The position numbers and the translations under genes are program-made. The notes under the pieces are model-generated. The model was not told where the DNA came from. It was given only the letters and a program-made list of their open reading frames with translations, and did no database searches. DNA of 64,000 nt from Octopus sinensis (Eukaryota): assembly GCF_006345805.1 (NCBI RefSeq), contig NC_043012.1, positions 28,582,001 through 28,646,000 on the forward strand, read 5' to 3'. This document shows positions 1 through 12,110 of the stretch, piece by piece. The number at the start of each line of letters is the position of its first letter. Within the stretch, counting starts at the first letter, position 1.

Positions 1-911
1 AACGATAATGCAGTACTCTAAATTTTAATTTAAATGTATATCCTGCACTATTAATTGATCTTAACAAGTAAAGATATACGAATACTTACGAGAGAACCTT
101 TAATTTAATTCCTGCCTTATCGTTGCCTAAGTATACAATATAGCTTATTCTTTCTTAGTTATAACTTTTAAAATACTAAAATCTGCACACACACATTTTA
201 TCATATATTCCTAATCATTTATTGTCATTTACAATTTCTTTCAACTAACTATAATCTTATTTCCTTATTTTCTACCAGAAAATTTATTTCTCTATATATT
301 ATTAATATTTTATTTTTTCCACATCCCTCCCTATTTCTTATCTTTCCTCTTTAATTCAATCTTTTTAACGTCTTCACAATATCTTACCCTTATTAAATTA
401 TGTCTCTCTCATCCATTAAACGTCTATATATTGTTAAATGGTTGCATAATGTCCATCTAAACACATAACTATCTTTCTTTTTAAAATCCCTAATAGGTTT
501 TTAGAAAGTTTTGATTAGCTGATACCGCCCACTATTACCACATCGGCGTTCCTTCTTGCTTTTCTAACAAACTAATGTTTACAATACGTAGAAACTCAAC
601 ATATGAATATATTGTTCTTATCCATCTTATCAAGAAAGCTCTTTACCAACATCTTGTATTCCTGTGAGAAGCATATGTAAGCATTAGCCTTTTGAACGAG
701 ATGGCCCTGAAAATATTTGGACACTTTGTTATTATTTTTTACATATAAAACTCTTAACAAGGTTCGAATATTCTGAAGCACTGTTTACATAGTGACCAGA
801 TTGAAACATGTGTAGGCACCTCTTATGCACATTTTATTTTATTTTACGTTCATTTACATTTTATTTGTATTAAACTACTTGCTATGTTCATATTATGATA
901 CGTATCTACCT

Positions 912-1536
912 CCAGCTGCTCTCTATTGCTGGAGGTGGATTTGCACAATTGGTCAGCGACTACTGTGAAAAAGATGGTGGAACGCAAAAGGACCAGAGGA
1001 TTAGTTTCGGAGTTATGTCCCTTATTAAGGTATGCTATGAGGCCGGCAAGAGTTATCTTGAAGTGTACATCCCCATGTATGTACACGCACACCCCTATAA
1101 AGCGGACAGCCTACAAAATAGACTTCTCTCAGACCCCACCAACACATACCCCTTCACACAATTTGTACCCTCACATATACACAGACACCCCCCACACACT
1201 ACACACCGCACGCTTACATAAAAAACCCACGTCTTTATCCTTTACAGAAAGAAAACGACCTACGAACAGCCGTATATACCTACATCCCCAGAAAAATTAT
1301 ACGTATGTCACCACTTCGCATATCACGCACCCCATGCTACACCCCCACAAGAACACCAGAATAATAAAACACACTTTGCCCACTTCAAGATAACTCTTGC
1401 TAGCTTCACAGTATACCCAACCAAGGGACATAACTCTTAACTTAATCCCTTGGTACTTTTTCGTTCCACCACTTGTTTCACAGCACCCACTGACACCAGT
1501 TGTACTAATCCACCTCTGACAATAAAGAGCAGTTGG
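912..1536. repeat. Diverged inverted repeat pair (912-1065 and 1381-1536)
   Basis: CAAGAGTTATCTTGAAGTG (1047-1065) mirrors CACTTCAAGATAACTCTTG (1381-1399). Similarity continues to 912/1536, and ORF-track peptides 895+ and 1297- align (VMSL..V..EA.KSYLEV). Confidence 0.75.
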
Positions 1537-1556
1537 TATATTCCCTTCCATATCAG

Positions 1557-1621
1557 CTTACTCTGATGAGCGTAAAGTTATATAATCTGACTGTATCCTT
1601 TACGCGAAGCCGATTAGTAAG
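1557..1621 (+). ncRNA. Type I hammerhead ribozyme motif (GAAA mutated to GAAG)
   Basis: Stem I CTTACT/AGTAAG, core CTGATGA, perfect 8-bp stem II GCGTAAAG/CTTTACGC, then GAAG-CCGA-TT. Confidence 0.7.
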
Positions 1622-1740
1622 ATCAACCGTGTTGGACATTTAATACTATACATTTCGGATAATATACCCACTCTACTGACAGATAAACGAGTGCATCTTT
1701 TCCCTGACTTATGGTCTCTTAAAGGATTCACGTATATATA

Positions 1741-1800
<60 letters not shown>

Positions 1801-2274
1801 CCTATCCATCCAACTCACCCCCACCCCATACATTACACCCAGTCCCACCCTTGCTTTCTTCACTCTCGCCTCTCCCACATCCCAACACCACCACTCCACA
1901 CCTTACACCAGGAAACCATACACCACCATACACGACCATACCACACAACACCACATCACATCACACCACCACGCACACGCTAGCACAGACCACTTCCCCG
2001 CTCCACACCATCATCCACACATACACATGCACACACGCACACGTCAAGGTCACCAGCCCTCTTCCACACACACATACATGCTCTTATACACACGCACGCG
2101 CACCTTTGTTTTGGGATCACCACTACTTTATTATCTCCCTTTCTTTCTAGCTCTCCTGTGTTACCCCTCTGTTCGGCATTCGCCATGATAGCTCGCTACC
2201 CACTGCACATTCTTTATTTTCTCTCCTTGTTTCTTTCTGTGTTCCTTTCTCTGGAAGAACGTATGTACACATAT

Positions 2275-2434
<160 letters not shown>

Positions 2435-2559
2435 TGAGGGTACTACTATTCGTAGATACCAACACGCTAAGAGGGACCAATGCGGTCAAAACTACTAAAA
2501 ATAAACAAAATTTTACCGAATGCAAAACTTCAAAACACATCATTTTAAAAAAGAATTCA

Positions 2560-2623
2560 GTTACATATCACATGTGATTTCGCATTTAATGCAGAATATG
2601 CATTTCATGTTCGTCAGTGCAAC
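2560..2623 (-). ncRNA. Type I hammerhead ribozyme (left arm, core CTGACGA)
   Basis: Reverse complement of the 3010-3073 motif, with N7 = C. Confidence 0.8.
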
Positions 2624-3009
2624 AAACTCAAGAAATATAAGAGAAAACATAACATTACAAACTCGATAGCCAACCGTAGAATTCGTCGTAGCATGTACGA
2701 ATGTTTATCCTTACATATCTATGAAAATGGCGGGCTTTTTCGCAATGCATTTCGGTTACAAATTGCCTAGTCGGAATAAAAATTCAGTATTGAACTATTC
2801 CGGTGAAAAATATAAATTAACAATTGAGGATAAAATCTTTAAAATCTGAATTTTTATTCCGACTAGGCAATTTGTTACCGAAATGCATTGCGAAAAAGCC
2901 CGCCATTTTCATAGATATGTAAGGATAAACATTCGTACATGCTACGACGAATTCTACGGTTGGCTATCGAGCTTGTAATGTTATGTTTTCTCTTATATTT
3001 CTTGAGTTT

Positions 3010-3073
3010 GTTGCACTGATGAACATGAAATGCATATTCTGCATTAAATGCGAAATCACATGTGATATGTAAC
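3010..3073 (+). ncRNA. Type I hammerhead ribozyme
   Basis: GTTGCA-CTGATGA-(ACATGAAATGCA/TGCATTAAATGC)-GAAA-TCACATGTGA-TA^TGTAAC. Stem I 6 bp, palindromic stem III, A10.1-C11.1 mismatch. Confidence 0.8.
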
Positions 3074-3309
3074 TGAATTCTTTTTTAAAATGATGTGTTT
3101 TGAAGTTTTGCATTCGGTAAAATTTTGTTTATTTTTAGTAGTTTTGACCGCATTGGTCCCTCTTAGCGTGTTGGTATCTACGAATAGTAGTACCCTCAAT
3201 ATAATATAAATGAATATTTTCAAAGAGGAAGAATTTACGGATTTTTTCTCTTACGAGGTCTTTCACGCTGACTACTGATAATTTCTTTTAAAGATTTTAT
3301 CCTCAATTG

Positions 3310-3343
<34 letters not shown>

Positions 3344-3618
3344 CGTATATGTGTGCATATACATATATTTGTACTTATTCATATCTATACAAATTTGCAT
3401 ATATACATACATACATACAAACATACATACATACACACATACATACATACACATATATAGTGTATTAAATATCATTAATACATATGCTAATGTATATGCT
3501 TTGTGTATTTTCCGGCGGTTGCATTAGCGTAGGGGAGGATATAAACTATCATGTTGCCGGTGTTAAGACACCTTAGTCATGGCAAGGCGAGATAACTCGC
3601 CCTCAATCCCATTTGGGA

Positions 3619-3665
3619 GTGATGGACATCGGTGTTTCACCGTTTTTGTGGCTTGTCAACATCAC
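3619..3665 (-). ncRNA. Type I hammerhead, U3-A8 variant core (UUGACAA)
   Basis: Minus strand: GTGATG-TTGACAA-GCC(ACAAAAAC)GGT-GAAA-CA(CCGA)TG-TC^CATCAC. Confidence 0.75.
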
Positions 3666-4172
3666 GCATCGGCCTGGGATTGAAGGCGAATTACCTAGCT
3701 AGTCCAAAACTTTTATGCTCATGGCTTGTAAAAGTATGTGTTGGTATGCCCGGAAGTTGTATAACTAATAGAAAATTTACATATGAAATAAAAGCAGCTC
3801 TAGTGTAATAAATAGTATTAAATAATAAACTAATGTGTATTTTCTGGTGGTTGCAATGGCGTAGCGGAGTATATAATCTCTCATGACGCCGGTGTTAAAA
3901 CACTTTAGTTAAGGACTGGTGAGATAACTCATTCGCAATCCCATTGGCGACATGAGTGCTTATATACTCCGCTACGCCATTGCAGTAACCGGAAAATACA
4001 CAAAGTACATATATTAGTACATGTATTTAATAATATTTGTCATTTTAGAACTGCTTTTACATCATATGTAAATTTTCTTTTAGGTATGCAATTTCCGAGC
4101 ATATTTGTTCATGATTTTACAAGCCATGAGTCGTGGACTGGCTAAGGGATTAGACTTTAACCCAAGCGGTTA

Positions 4173-4217
4173 CGTGATGCTAACAAATCATAAAAAAATG
4201 ATGAAACATCCATCACG
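4173..4217 (+). ncRNA. Degenerate hammerhead of the 332-bp family
   Basis: CGTGATG-CTAACAA-ATCAT(A6)ATGAT-GAAA-CATC-CATCACG. Stems I and II are perfect; the core is mutated and stem III is deleted. Confidence 0.6.
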
Positions 4218-4346
4218 CCTAAATGGGATTGAGGGTTAGTTATCTTGCCTGTCCATGACAAAGGTGTTTTAACATCGGCGACATGAGAGTTTATATACTA
4301 CATTACTCCACATTGCAGTCACCGGAAAATACGCAAAGCATATTTA

Positions 4347-4414
<68 letters not shown>

Positions 4415-4431
4415 TATCACTCAGCAGATAT

Positions 4432-5295
4432 AGACACGCTAATAACGACACCTTAAAAAAAATTAACAATACAGGGTTACAAATCGCCAGAGAATTAGCT
4501 ATAGTTGTAGAACCAAGCCTTACGTCCATAGAGAACCTCGGATTATGCTTAAGGACCATAAACCTAACTTTCTAATTGCTCCTTCAGTTAGATTGATTTG
4601 TCTTTCTAAATCGGATATAGAATTGTTAGTAAGAAAATTATTGGTAGTGTATTACCCGCCCTTAGGTCTAAAATTAGATTATTCTTCTGTTCAGATATTT
4701 GAATGGTTTAAGCTACTAGAAATTAACAAGAATAGTACGTTTTTGCAACAAGATATAGAGAGTTATTGCGCTACTATTAACCCGGTCGTCCTCAATAAAG
4801 CCCTGATATATAGTATGAAAAATTCAGATTTGTCCCGACGTGATATGGATATAATACTTGCTAACCACTTTAATGGATTTTGATGGTGGACTATGGAGTA
4901 GATCAGACAGAGAGAATGCTTTTGATATAGCGATAGTATCACCCGGCTCTGCACAGCTCACAGACTTAGACGGAATATACACCCTTTCATTAATCCAGTC
5001 TTCGTTTCCAGAAGTAACAAGAGGTCTATATATGTATGACGCCCTATTTTTTCAGGACAGGGGAAGTAAAGTACAACTAGAAAGGCATAGCGATAGGATC
5101 ATCTGACTCTGCACAGGTCACAGACTTAGACGGAATTCTTTCTGGACGGAAGTAGTAAAGTACAACTAGAAAGACATGGAAAACATTTCTTTTCTATTAA
5201 GAATTTAGTACTCAACATTACTATGGCGAAATATTATAGCAGAGTGAATTTCTTTGACGCAGCCTTCTGTTTTAATACTGGAACCATTTCATAAG
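4432..5295 (+). pseudogene. Decayed intronless ORF of unknown origin (~280 aa if two frameshifts and a ~160-bp internal duplication are repaired)
   Basis: Consecutive open segments ANNDTLKK..., LKDHKPNFL...ANHFNGF, DGGLWSRSDRENAFDIAIVSPG...RHSDRII, then RHGKHFFSIKNL...GTIS. No family recognised. Confidence 0.45.
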
Positions 5296-5322
5296 CCGAA
5301 TGATAATATTAAGTATATAAAT

Positions 5323-5482
5323 AGGCGCAAGAGTGTCTGTGTGGTAAGTAGCTTGCTTACCAACGACATGGTTCTGGATTCAGTCCCAAGCGTGGCACCT
5401 TAGGCAAGTGTCTTCTACTATAGCTTCGGGACGACCATAGCCTCATGAGTGGATTTGGTAGACAGAAACTGAAAGAAGCCCG

Positions 5483-5561
<79 letters not shown>

Positions 5562-5804
5562 AATATATATGTATGTATGTATTTATGTATGTGTGTATAT
5601 GTTAGAGGGTGTGTGTTTGTCCCCAACATCGCTTGACAACCAATGCTGGTGTGTTTGCGTCCCTGTAACCCAGTGGTTCGGCAAACGTATCGATAGAATA
5701 AGTAATAGGCTTCCAAAGAATAAGTCCTGGGGTCGATTTCTTCGACTAAAGGCGGTGCTTCAACGTGGCTACAGTCAAATGACTGAAACAAGTAAAAGAG
5801 TAAA
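5323..5804 (+). mobile_element. tRNA-derived SINE, family A (internal CA/TA microsatellite)
   Basis: Head AGGCGC..GTGTGGTAAGTAGCTTGC..GGATTCAGTCCC and tail GACTGAAACAAGTAAAAGA. About 11 copies in the window. Confidence 0.85.
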
Positions 5805-7420
5805 TGTAGCATCCAACCATCCACATTCAATGATACGGGGATTAGTTGAGAATATTTCTTCAAGAATTTCCACATTATCCGGTAATAAAAAAGACCCCTT
5901 CGAATCACATGCAACTTATAATATTGCTTTAGCTAGGGCTGGATACCGTGAGAAGATTCATCAATTCTTCCAATAATAATACACATTGTGAACCATCGCA
6001 ACGTTACGGTATGCGAACTAACTCAGATCGTGAATTAAGGCGAGGAAGAATTGGTCAAGGTAATAAACTACTAACCAAAACGCAAAGACACACACGATGC
6101 AATAATTATACTGCTCATAACACAGTAAATTGTTCCAATTCTGTACAACACACTAGATCAAATAAGCCAAGTAAAAAATATACGAATCATGGTGTCCTCT
6201 GGTACAACTCAATCTTCAGTTTACGTGTTTCAACAAAGATCACTAGGAAATTTTTTGCCGCTGTAGACAAATGTTTCCCTATACCAAATAGATACCATGC
6301 CATTTTAATCGATACACCGTGAAGGTATTTCACGCTAACTCTATTAATTTAGAGCAGCATATGTACCGCATAAGCAATAGTAAAATGAAACAAAGTTTAA
6401 TAACCCACCTACTGGACCTAGCAAACATAGGCATCAAAATAGCAACAAAGGAGATGTAAACTGCAATGAAAAGCACCAGATACAGCCAAATCACGATAGT
6501 AGAAATGCTTGTGATATAGCTAACATGGTAACAATGTCGGAAAATGAAGTCAAACTGCCATATATACAAATAAATATTATATATGCTCATGCAGAGAAAA
6601 ATCAAAATACCCATTGATGAACCTCTGTATGAATACAAATCTTGTATATAAATGTACCATGCACACAAGGGGAAGGCTGTATGTTTACATTGGGCAAACG
6701 GCTGATTCATTCAAGAATCGTTATCCCAACCATGTCGCCAGCTTCAGAAAGATCAACATCTTTGTTTGGCGACTTAAGGAAGATCAAAGTGTAACAACTT
6801 GGTCCATAGTGAGGCACGCAAAACCATATGATATCATTTCCAGGAGTACCGACTCTGCTTCGCGGAATCCCTATCTATTCTGTGGACCAATGAAAAGTTC
6901 ATTAATAGAATTTCTGAAAGACTTTCAAGATGCCTACATGCATCTATGTGTACTTTCGCACAATGAAGTGGGAAGGAATCTGAGTAGCTGTTAACGTAAT
7001 TTACCTTAAGGTATAGATGAATTAAGTTTAGCTTTAACCTCTCCCCCACTACCATTCTTATACACAAGTAGCTATTTAACTCGCTATGTGAACAAATATT
7101 CGCAAAACCACACGCGTGCGTATGCTTGCATCTTCGCAGCTGCTTGTATGAGCGAGTGTACATGCGCCATACAAATTACGTGAGGGCGTTTATGCATCCA
7201 TATCCGTGAACGGTTATTCTAAATACTTTATATTCGTGAAATTATATTCTTTAATTTGCTGCTTTTCTTTACAAGAACCGAGAAGATACATTGCGGAACT
7301 GCTATTTTAATGCGTTATATCTATTTATCCCCTGTCGGATGCTCCTGAGCCAGTTGTTAAGTATTCCAACCATGAGGGATCGATGCTAAATGTGTCGAAA
7401 CGATTGTAGTGATTAATAAA
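5805..7420 (+). mobile_element. 5'-truncated Penelope-like element (Nematis-like, tentative): RT thumb plus GIY-YIG, frameshifted
   Basis: SNHPHSMIRGLVENISSRIS...ALARAGY; WYNSIFS...DKCFP; CSCR..YPL..LC..NLVYKC; YIGQTADSFKNRYPNHVASF. Possible decayed hammerhead at ~7330-7400 (GAAAC-GATT-GTA). Confidence 0.8.
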
Positions 7421-7455
7421 AATCCCCGTATCTTCCATCTTCCGTCTCCTATTTA

Positions 7456-7533
<78 letters not shown>

Positions 7534-8490
7534 TCACACACACACACACACTCTCACACACACACACACACACAAACGCACGCACACACACATACACACA
7601 CACACACTAAAACATACACACCGCGCACTCACATATGTATATAAATGTGTTTCTGTAATCAAGTATGCATATTTTATAGATGAACAAACTTACATATCTC
7701 TAGGTATGTATATACGTTATGTATATGTTTACGTGTTTACACACGTATGTTAATATCATCGTATTATATGAATAATCAGATTGAATCCAACGCAAGGGGA
7801 GAGATGAGAAAGCTGAGGGATTTTCTTGTCTTTACTTTGAGAGGCTGTGTGCAGCAGAGACTCCCCGTCATCTCATCCCCACTCCCGACACAAATACCGC
7901 TGACATCTGATGTTTATTTATACAATGTTTCCCTAGAATCACTAATTATTTTTGACATCGGTGTGGCCAACGTCACAACCGCCTTGCTTACTCTCCCCAT
8001 CACCACCACCACCACCACTTACATTCGAATACAGTAACAGAACAATAAGAGCAACAATAACAGTTACAACAGTAATTACCATGAATAATATTAACAACAA
8101 TAACAACGACGACGATGGTAACTAAAACAACAACAATTATAATGTTCATAGGAACGAACAAAGAAGGAAGAAGAGGAGGAGAGGAAGAAGAAAAAGGAGA
8201 ACAAAAGAAAAAGAAGAAAAGAGAAAGAGGAGGAGGAGATGGGGAGGTGGTAGGAGAGGTGGAGGGGAGCGGGGAGGGAAGGCGGTTGGGAATAGAGAAA
8301 GTGTTTGATATAAGTGAGTTTTGCCATCATAGATAAACAAAGAGAAAATATAGCAAAATAATCAACAATAGTCCCTCCAAAAAGGGAAAATATGCCAGGA
8401 CTGAAAAACTTTCTAGAAAAAGCAACACTTCAAAAATTCTCCGATTTTAATACACAAATTTCTGTTGGCGCTTCCTCTGCATCAACTGCA

Positions 8491-8578
<88 letters not shown>

Positions 8579-8674
8579 ATATGCATACCTGCCTATCTCT
8601 CTCCCTTTCTCTCTCTCTCTGTCTCTCTCTCGCTCTCTCGCTCTCGCTCTCTCGCTCTCGCTCTCTCGCTCTCG

Positions 8675-8756
<82 letters not shown>

Positions 8757-8764
8757 ATATATAT

Positions 8765-9800
8765 ATTCAAAGATGAATAAGAAGCAACTTGCGGCATATA
8801 TACAAAATTGAACACACATACAGAAGATGTGTGAGTTGTTAGTTCATGGGTCGGCTGCATTTTAGGCGTAAGAGTATATTCTCAATGCGCCCGGTGTTAA
8901 AAGCCTCTGAAAGTAAGCCATAGGCAAGCGAGACAATTCACATAGGTCCCTTCTCAGAGCGACAGACATCAACGTTTCGTCATTATTGTAACTTATCAAT
9001 GCCTCGTACAAGGCCTGCTGAAAGCCATATCGCCGACTAAGGCTATATGCTAAATGCTTTAGAAACAATCTGCTAGTATGTCCCAACGTTTTATGCCACG
9101 GGAGAAATTCAAATATGAATTAGAAGCAGATCGAGGTATATAAGCAAAATCGAACACACATACACATGGTGTGTGTTGTTAGTTCGTGGCTCGGCTGCAT
9201 TTAAGGCGCAACAGAATATACACGGTAGTGCAAAAGTAGGTATACAGTAATGAAAAAGAAAACATGTACAAGACGCATATATTTTTATCAAAAAAGTTAC
9301 GAAAAGCATTATTATAGTCATGATAAATGTATTATGATGATTAATGAGACTGAAAATATCAAAAATGAGGCTAATTTAATGTGATTATAATGTTAATGGA
9401 TTAAGTATTACTGTGATACTTACCGTATACCTACGTTTGCACACCCTGTATTCTGAAAGCACCTGGTGTAAAAAACACCCGATAGTAAATCATAGGCAAG
9501 CGAGACAACTCACATCAGGTCCCTTTCTCGATTTTATTATCTCCCTCGGGCCGCTTCTTATTCATATTTGACTTTTTCCCGTGGCATGAAACGTTGGGAC
9601 GTGCCAGCAGGTGGTTTCTAAACCATGTAGCATATAGATATAATCGGTGATATGGTATGCAGCAAGCTTTGTTCGGTACGCAGCTTTGAAAATCGATGTC
9701 TGTCGCTCCGATTTACTTTCAGGTGTTTTTAACACCAGGTACATTGAGAATATATTATCTTACGCCTATAATGCAGCCGACCCACGAATTAACAACCCGC
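8765..9800. mobile_element. 340-bp tandem unit plus inverted copy, hammerhead-bearing, distantly related to the 332-bp family
   Basis: GTTGTTAGTTC recurs at 8835 and 9175, with an inverted copy at ~9550-9800. Shares CCGGTGTTAA and GGCAAG(G)CGAGA motifs with 3490-4345. (TA)n on the left. Confidence 0.7.
8959..9006 (-). ncRNA. Type I hammerhead, U3-A8 variant core (UUGAUAA)
   Basis: Minus strand: GGCA-TTGATAA-GTTA(CAATAA)TGAC-GAAA-CG(TTGA)TG-TC^TGTC. Confidence 0.7.
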
Positions 9801-9827
9801 ACACCATGTGTATGTGTGTTCAGTTTT

Positions 9828-9948
9828 GTTTCTGGGTTTAGTCCCACTGTGTGGCACCTTGGGCAAGTGTCTTCTGCTATAGCCTTGGGCTGACCAAAGC
9901 CTTGTGAGTGGATTTGGTAGACCGAAACTAAAAGAAGCCCGTCGTACA

Positions 9949-9987
<39 letters not shown>

Positions 9988-10150
9988 TATGTTTGTCCCC
10001 CTACCATCACTTGACAACCGATGTTGGTGTGTTTATGTCCCCGTAACTTAGCGGTTCAGCAAAGCGATCAATAGAATAAGTACTAGGCTTACTTATTCTT
10101 TGTGAGCCTAGTACTTATTCTATCGATCGCTCTTGCCGAACCGCTAAGTT
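9828..10150 (+). mobile_element. SINE A, truncated, ending in a ~55-bp fold-back of itself
   Basis: SINE A body to AGGCTTAC (~10092), followed by inverted SINE A sequence TTATTCTTTG...CCGCTAAGTT. Confidence 0.75.
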
Positions 10151-10700
10151 CGCATCAAAAAAGAATTCGTGATAGAAGGGGTTAAATTCATCCTGGAAAA
10201 TAACTACTTCGCTTTCAAAGACAACTTCTACCGACGAAAATCGGGGACTGCGATGGGTACGCGAATGGCACCCTCCTTTGCTAACCTAGTCATAGGATAT
10301 CTAGAAATCAGTCTTTATCGTAAGATTCTAGAAGGACGAGACACCTAGATGACTGTTTCATTCTTTGGCATGAAAATATAGAGAAACTTAAAGAATTCCA
10401 AGCACTTTTAAATGGACTTGACGTAAACATCCAATTCACGATGGAATATAGCCAGCAACAACTTCCCTTCCTCGACATCCTCATTAAGAAATTAATTTTT
10501 TTTGTTTTTTCTTGTTTCAGTCATTTGACTGCGGCCATGCTGGAGTACCGTCTTTAGTCGAGCAAATCGACCCCCGGACTTATTCTTTGTAGGCCTAGTA
10601 CTTATTCTATCGGTTTCTTTTGCTGAACCGCTAAGTTACGGGGACGTAAACACACCAGCATCGGTTGCCAAGCGATGTTGGAGGGACAAACACACACACA

Positions 10701-10789
<89 letters not shown>

Positions 10790-11840
10790 GACGGGCTTCT
10801 TTCAGTTTCCGTCTACCAAATCCACTGACAAGGCTTTGGTCGGCCCGAGGCTATAGTAGAAGACACTTGCCCAAGGTGCCACGCAGTGGAACTGAACCCG
10901 GAATCCGGAACTGAACCCGAAATCTAATAACGTAATAGAAAGAAATATATACTATAAGCCTACGGATTCCAAGCAATATCTTCCATTCAATTCATGCCAC
11001 CCCAGACACATCAGAATGAATATCCCCTTCAACTTAGCAAAAAGGATATGTACTATAGTTTCTAATGCAAACACCAGAGACACACGACTACATGAACTAA
11101 AAGGTACACTCATCACCAGGAACTACCCACCTTCACTAATTGACATATGCATTCAACTCAACACCCAGGAACTCAGACATCCCAGATTAAAGAAACATTT
11201 ACAACCAAAAGCCTTACCATACATCCCTCTCAATAATGAAGCTTTCGACACCATCCTCCAAAACATACCCCTGCTAAAAAAGGACCACAGAATGAACTTA
11301 ATCCTCCAAATACACACCATCATAAAAAGCAAGAGACAGCCCAAATCTATGAAAAGTCTCCTAACACAAGCCCGAATACGCTCAACAACACAGAAGCCGT
11401 CAGTAAAAAAATGTGGAAGACCCAATTGTGGGATATGCGATTATCTAATTGAGGGATCAAAGTTCTCCTTCAAACGGGGACAACGTTTCACAGTGAAAAG
11501 CAACTTCACATGTAATTCGGAGAACCTGATATACACACTGACCGGCTCTGGGTGTCAGGAGCAATACATAGGCCAAACAAAAAATAGTCTACGTAAAAGA
11601 ATGGCCCTGCACAGACCCCAGATAAAAATTCCCCAAAGCAGAAAAATAGCATTCAGCCAACACATAGACATTTGCGCCAACAACGAAAATCCAAGCTTCA
11701 GTATTTTTCCCCTCTACCAATTCAGGGACGATACAACCTGGAGCCAACGAATTAGTAAAGAAACTCTCTTTATTACAAAATACAGGCTCCTTCTGAACGC
11801 GTCTACGACAAACGACATATTCACCTCGGCCTTAGAATAA
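10150..11840 (+). mobile_element. Neptune-like Penelope element fragment (RT, thumb, Zn-linker, GIY-YIG) interrupted by a SINE
   Basis: ENNYFAFKDNFY...GTAMGTRMAPSFANL; QLPFLDILI; YYKPTDSKQYLPFNSCHP; CGRPNCGIC...FTCNSENLIY...YIGQT...RKRMALH. Confidence 0.85.
10496..10905 (-). mobile_element. SINE A inserted in the PLE RT
   Basis: Reverse complement of the SINE A body. Confidence 0.85.
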
Positions 11841-12012
11841 CACAAATATACACGCAAATATTAAAAATGATACACTCAAGAGATTCCCAAGAATTCATTT
11901 AAAAACAGTTCCAATCACTGCTATAATCCATTAGGGGCCAATTTTAAGTCATTTAACAACTTACTACTTCCACACTACCTACATACATTCTTATTCTCCC
12001 TTCTCTTTCTTC

Positions 12013-12110
12013 TTATATTTCTTCTTCTTCTTCTTCTTCTTCTTCTTCTTCTTCTTCTTCTCTTCTTCTTCTTCTTCTTCTTCTTCTTCTTCTTCTTCTT
12101 CTTCTTCCTC
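12013..12110. repeat. (TTC)n microsatellite
   Basis: Direct reading. Confidence 0.95.

Larger units (their letters stand above)
3490..4345. mobile_element. 332-bp tandem unit plus inverted copy, hammerhead-bearing (retrozyme-like)
   Basis: GTGTATTTT(C/T)(C/T)GG recurs at 3503 and 3835. The inversion starts at ~3947 and the diverged inverted copy runs to ~4345, followed by (TA)n. Confidence 0.75.

Noticed and set aside
300-850. Minus-strand coding-like relic (DVVIVGG, YIDV.W), possibly a LINE esterase or APE
   Set aside because: Too many stops and the motif order is ambiguous; no family can be supported.
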